From Camelus dromedarius (taxonomy: Eukaryota): DNA of 64,000 nt. The stretch's first letter is position 1. Every line of letters starts with the position of its first letter. This document shows positions 63,400 to 64,000 of this stretch, in pieces. The notes beneath the pieces were generated by a model, which saw only the letters and a list, made by a program, of their open reading frames with translations, was not told the origin of the DNA and ran no database searches. The stretch lies in assembly GCF_036321535.1 (NCBI RefSeq), contig NC_087450.1:55428001-55492000 (forward strand), given 5' to 3'. The position numbers were made by a program, and so were the translations under genes.

Positions 63400-63695
63400 A
63401 AAATAAAATGACTTCCTGACTTCTGACTTTTCCATGGCCTTCCAAAACCCTGTATTACACCATGCGGNNNNNNNNNNNNNNNNNNNNNNNNNNNNNNNNN
63501 NNNNNNNNNNNNNNNNNNNNNNNNNNNNNNNNNNNNNNNNNNNNNNNNNNNNNNNNNNNNNNNNNNNNNNNNNNNNNNNNNNNNNNNNNNNNNNNNNNNN
63601 NNNNNNNNNNNNNNNNNNNNNNNNNNNNNNNNNNNNNNNNNNNNNNNNNTGCCTGGAACATATTAGTTTATCGATTAAATACTTACTGAATAAAT
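63400..63695 (+). mobile_element. L2 3' end spanning an N block
   Basis: CATGGCCTTCCAAAACCCTGTAT ... [N] ... TGCCTGGAACATATTAG ... AAATACTTACTGAATAAAT. Confidence 0.5.
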
Positions 63696-64000
63696 AACTG
63701 GTGACATTTATAGATCTAGATAATACAGGATGGAGAGTAGGTTTGTGGGAGCAAGATGGTGATATCAGTGTTGGAAATACATGAAGTGTCTGTGGCTCTG
63801 TGTTACGGACTTTAGCAAGTAATTCTATGCCCAGATGAAGAGCTCCCGAGAGAACTGGACAAGAGCTATGGGATGGTTAATAAAGAAGTAGTGGTTTAAG
63901 ATACAGGTATAAAGGAGCCCACTTCAGGAGAGAAATGCTGCTCTATTTCTCTGTTTTTATCAAACTCTATCACACTCACCTGCCCTTTACCCTGGTAACT

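Overview
AT-rich mammalian genomic DNA, most likely camelid (Camelus/Vicugna). The basis is inference: the young L1 3' ends resemble camelid L1 as I recall it, and no primate, rodent, ruminant, pig, horse or carnivore SINE is recognisable in 64 kb. I can identify no protein-coding exon, RNA gene or CRISPR array, so the window reads as intergenic or deep-intronic. It is dominated by interspersed repeats: old and young L1, L2, MIR, MaLR (MLT1-type) LTRs, an LTR16-type LTR, two ERV1-type LTRs (one with a tRNA-Arg primer-binding site), a decayed ERVL gag-pro-pol remnant (about 41.6-44.9 kb) and hAT MITEs. The ORFs I can assign to a protein family are transposon remnants (L1 ORF2, ERVL gag and integrase). 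Five N blocks all lie inside repeats. The best second-look items are a perfect 49-bp templated copy of ERVL gag sequence inserted at the RT YxDD motif 1.5 kb away, an L1 whose 5' UTR is fused directly to the end of ORF2, several CpG-retaining unique micro-islands, and a 45-nt candidate exon with strong splice sites. I see no evidence for a novel biological system. Repeat family names come from remembered consensus sequences, not a database search, and most old-repeat boundaries are approximate.
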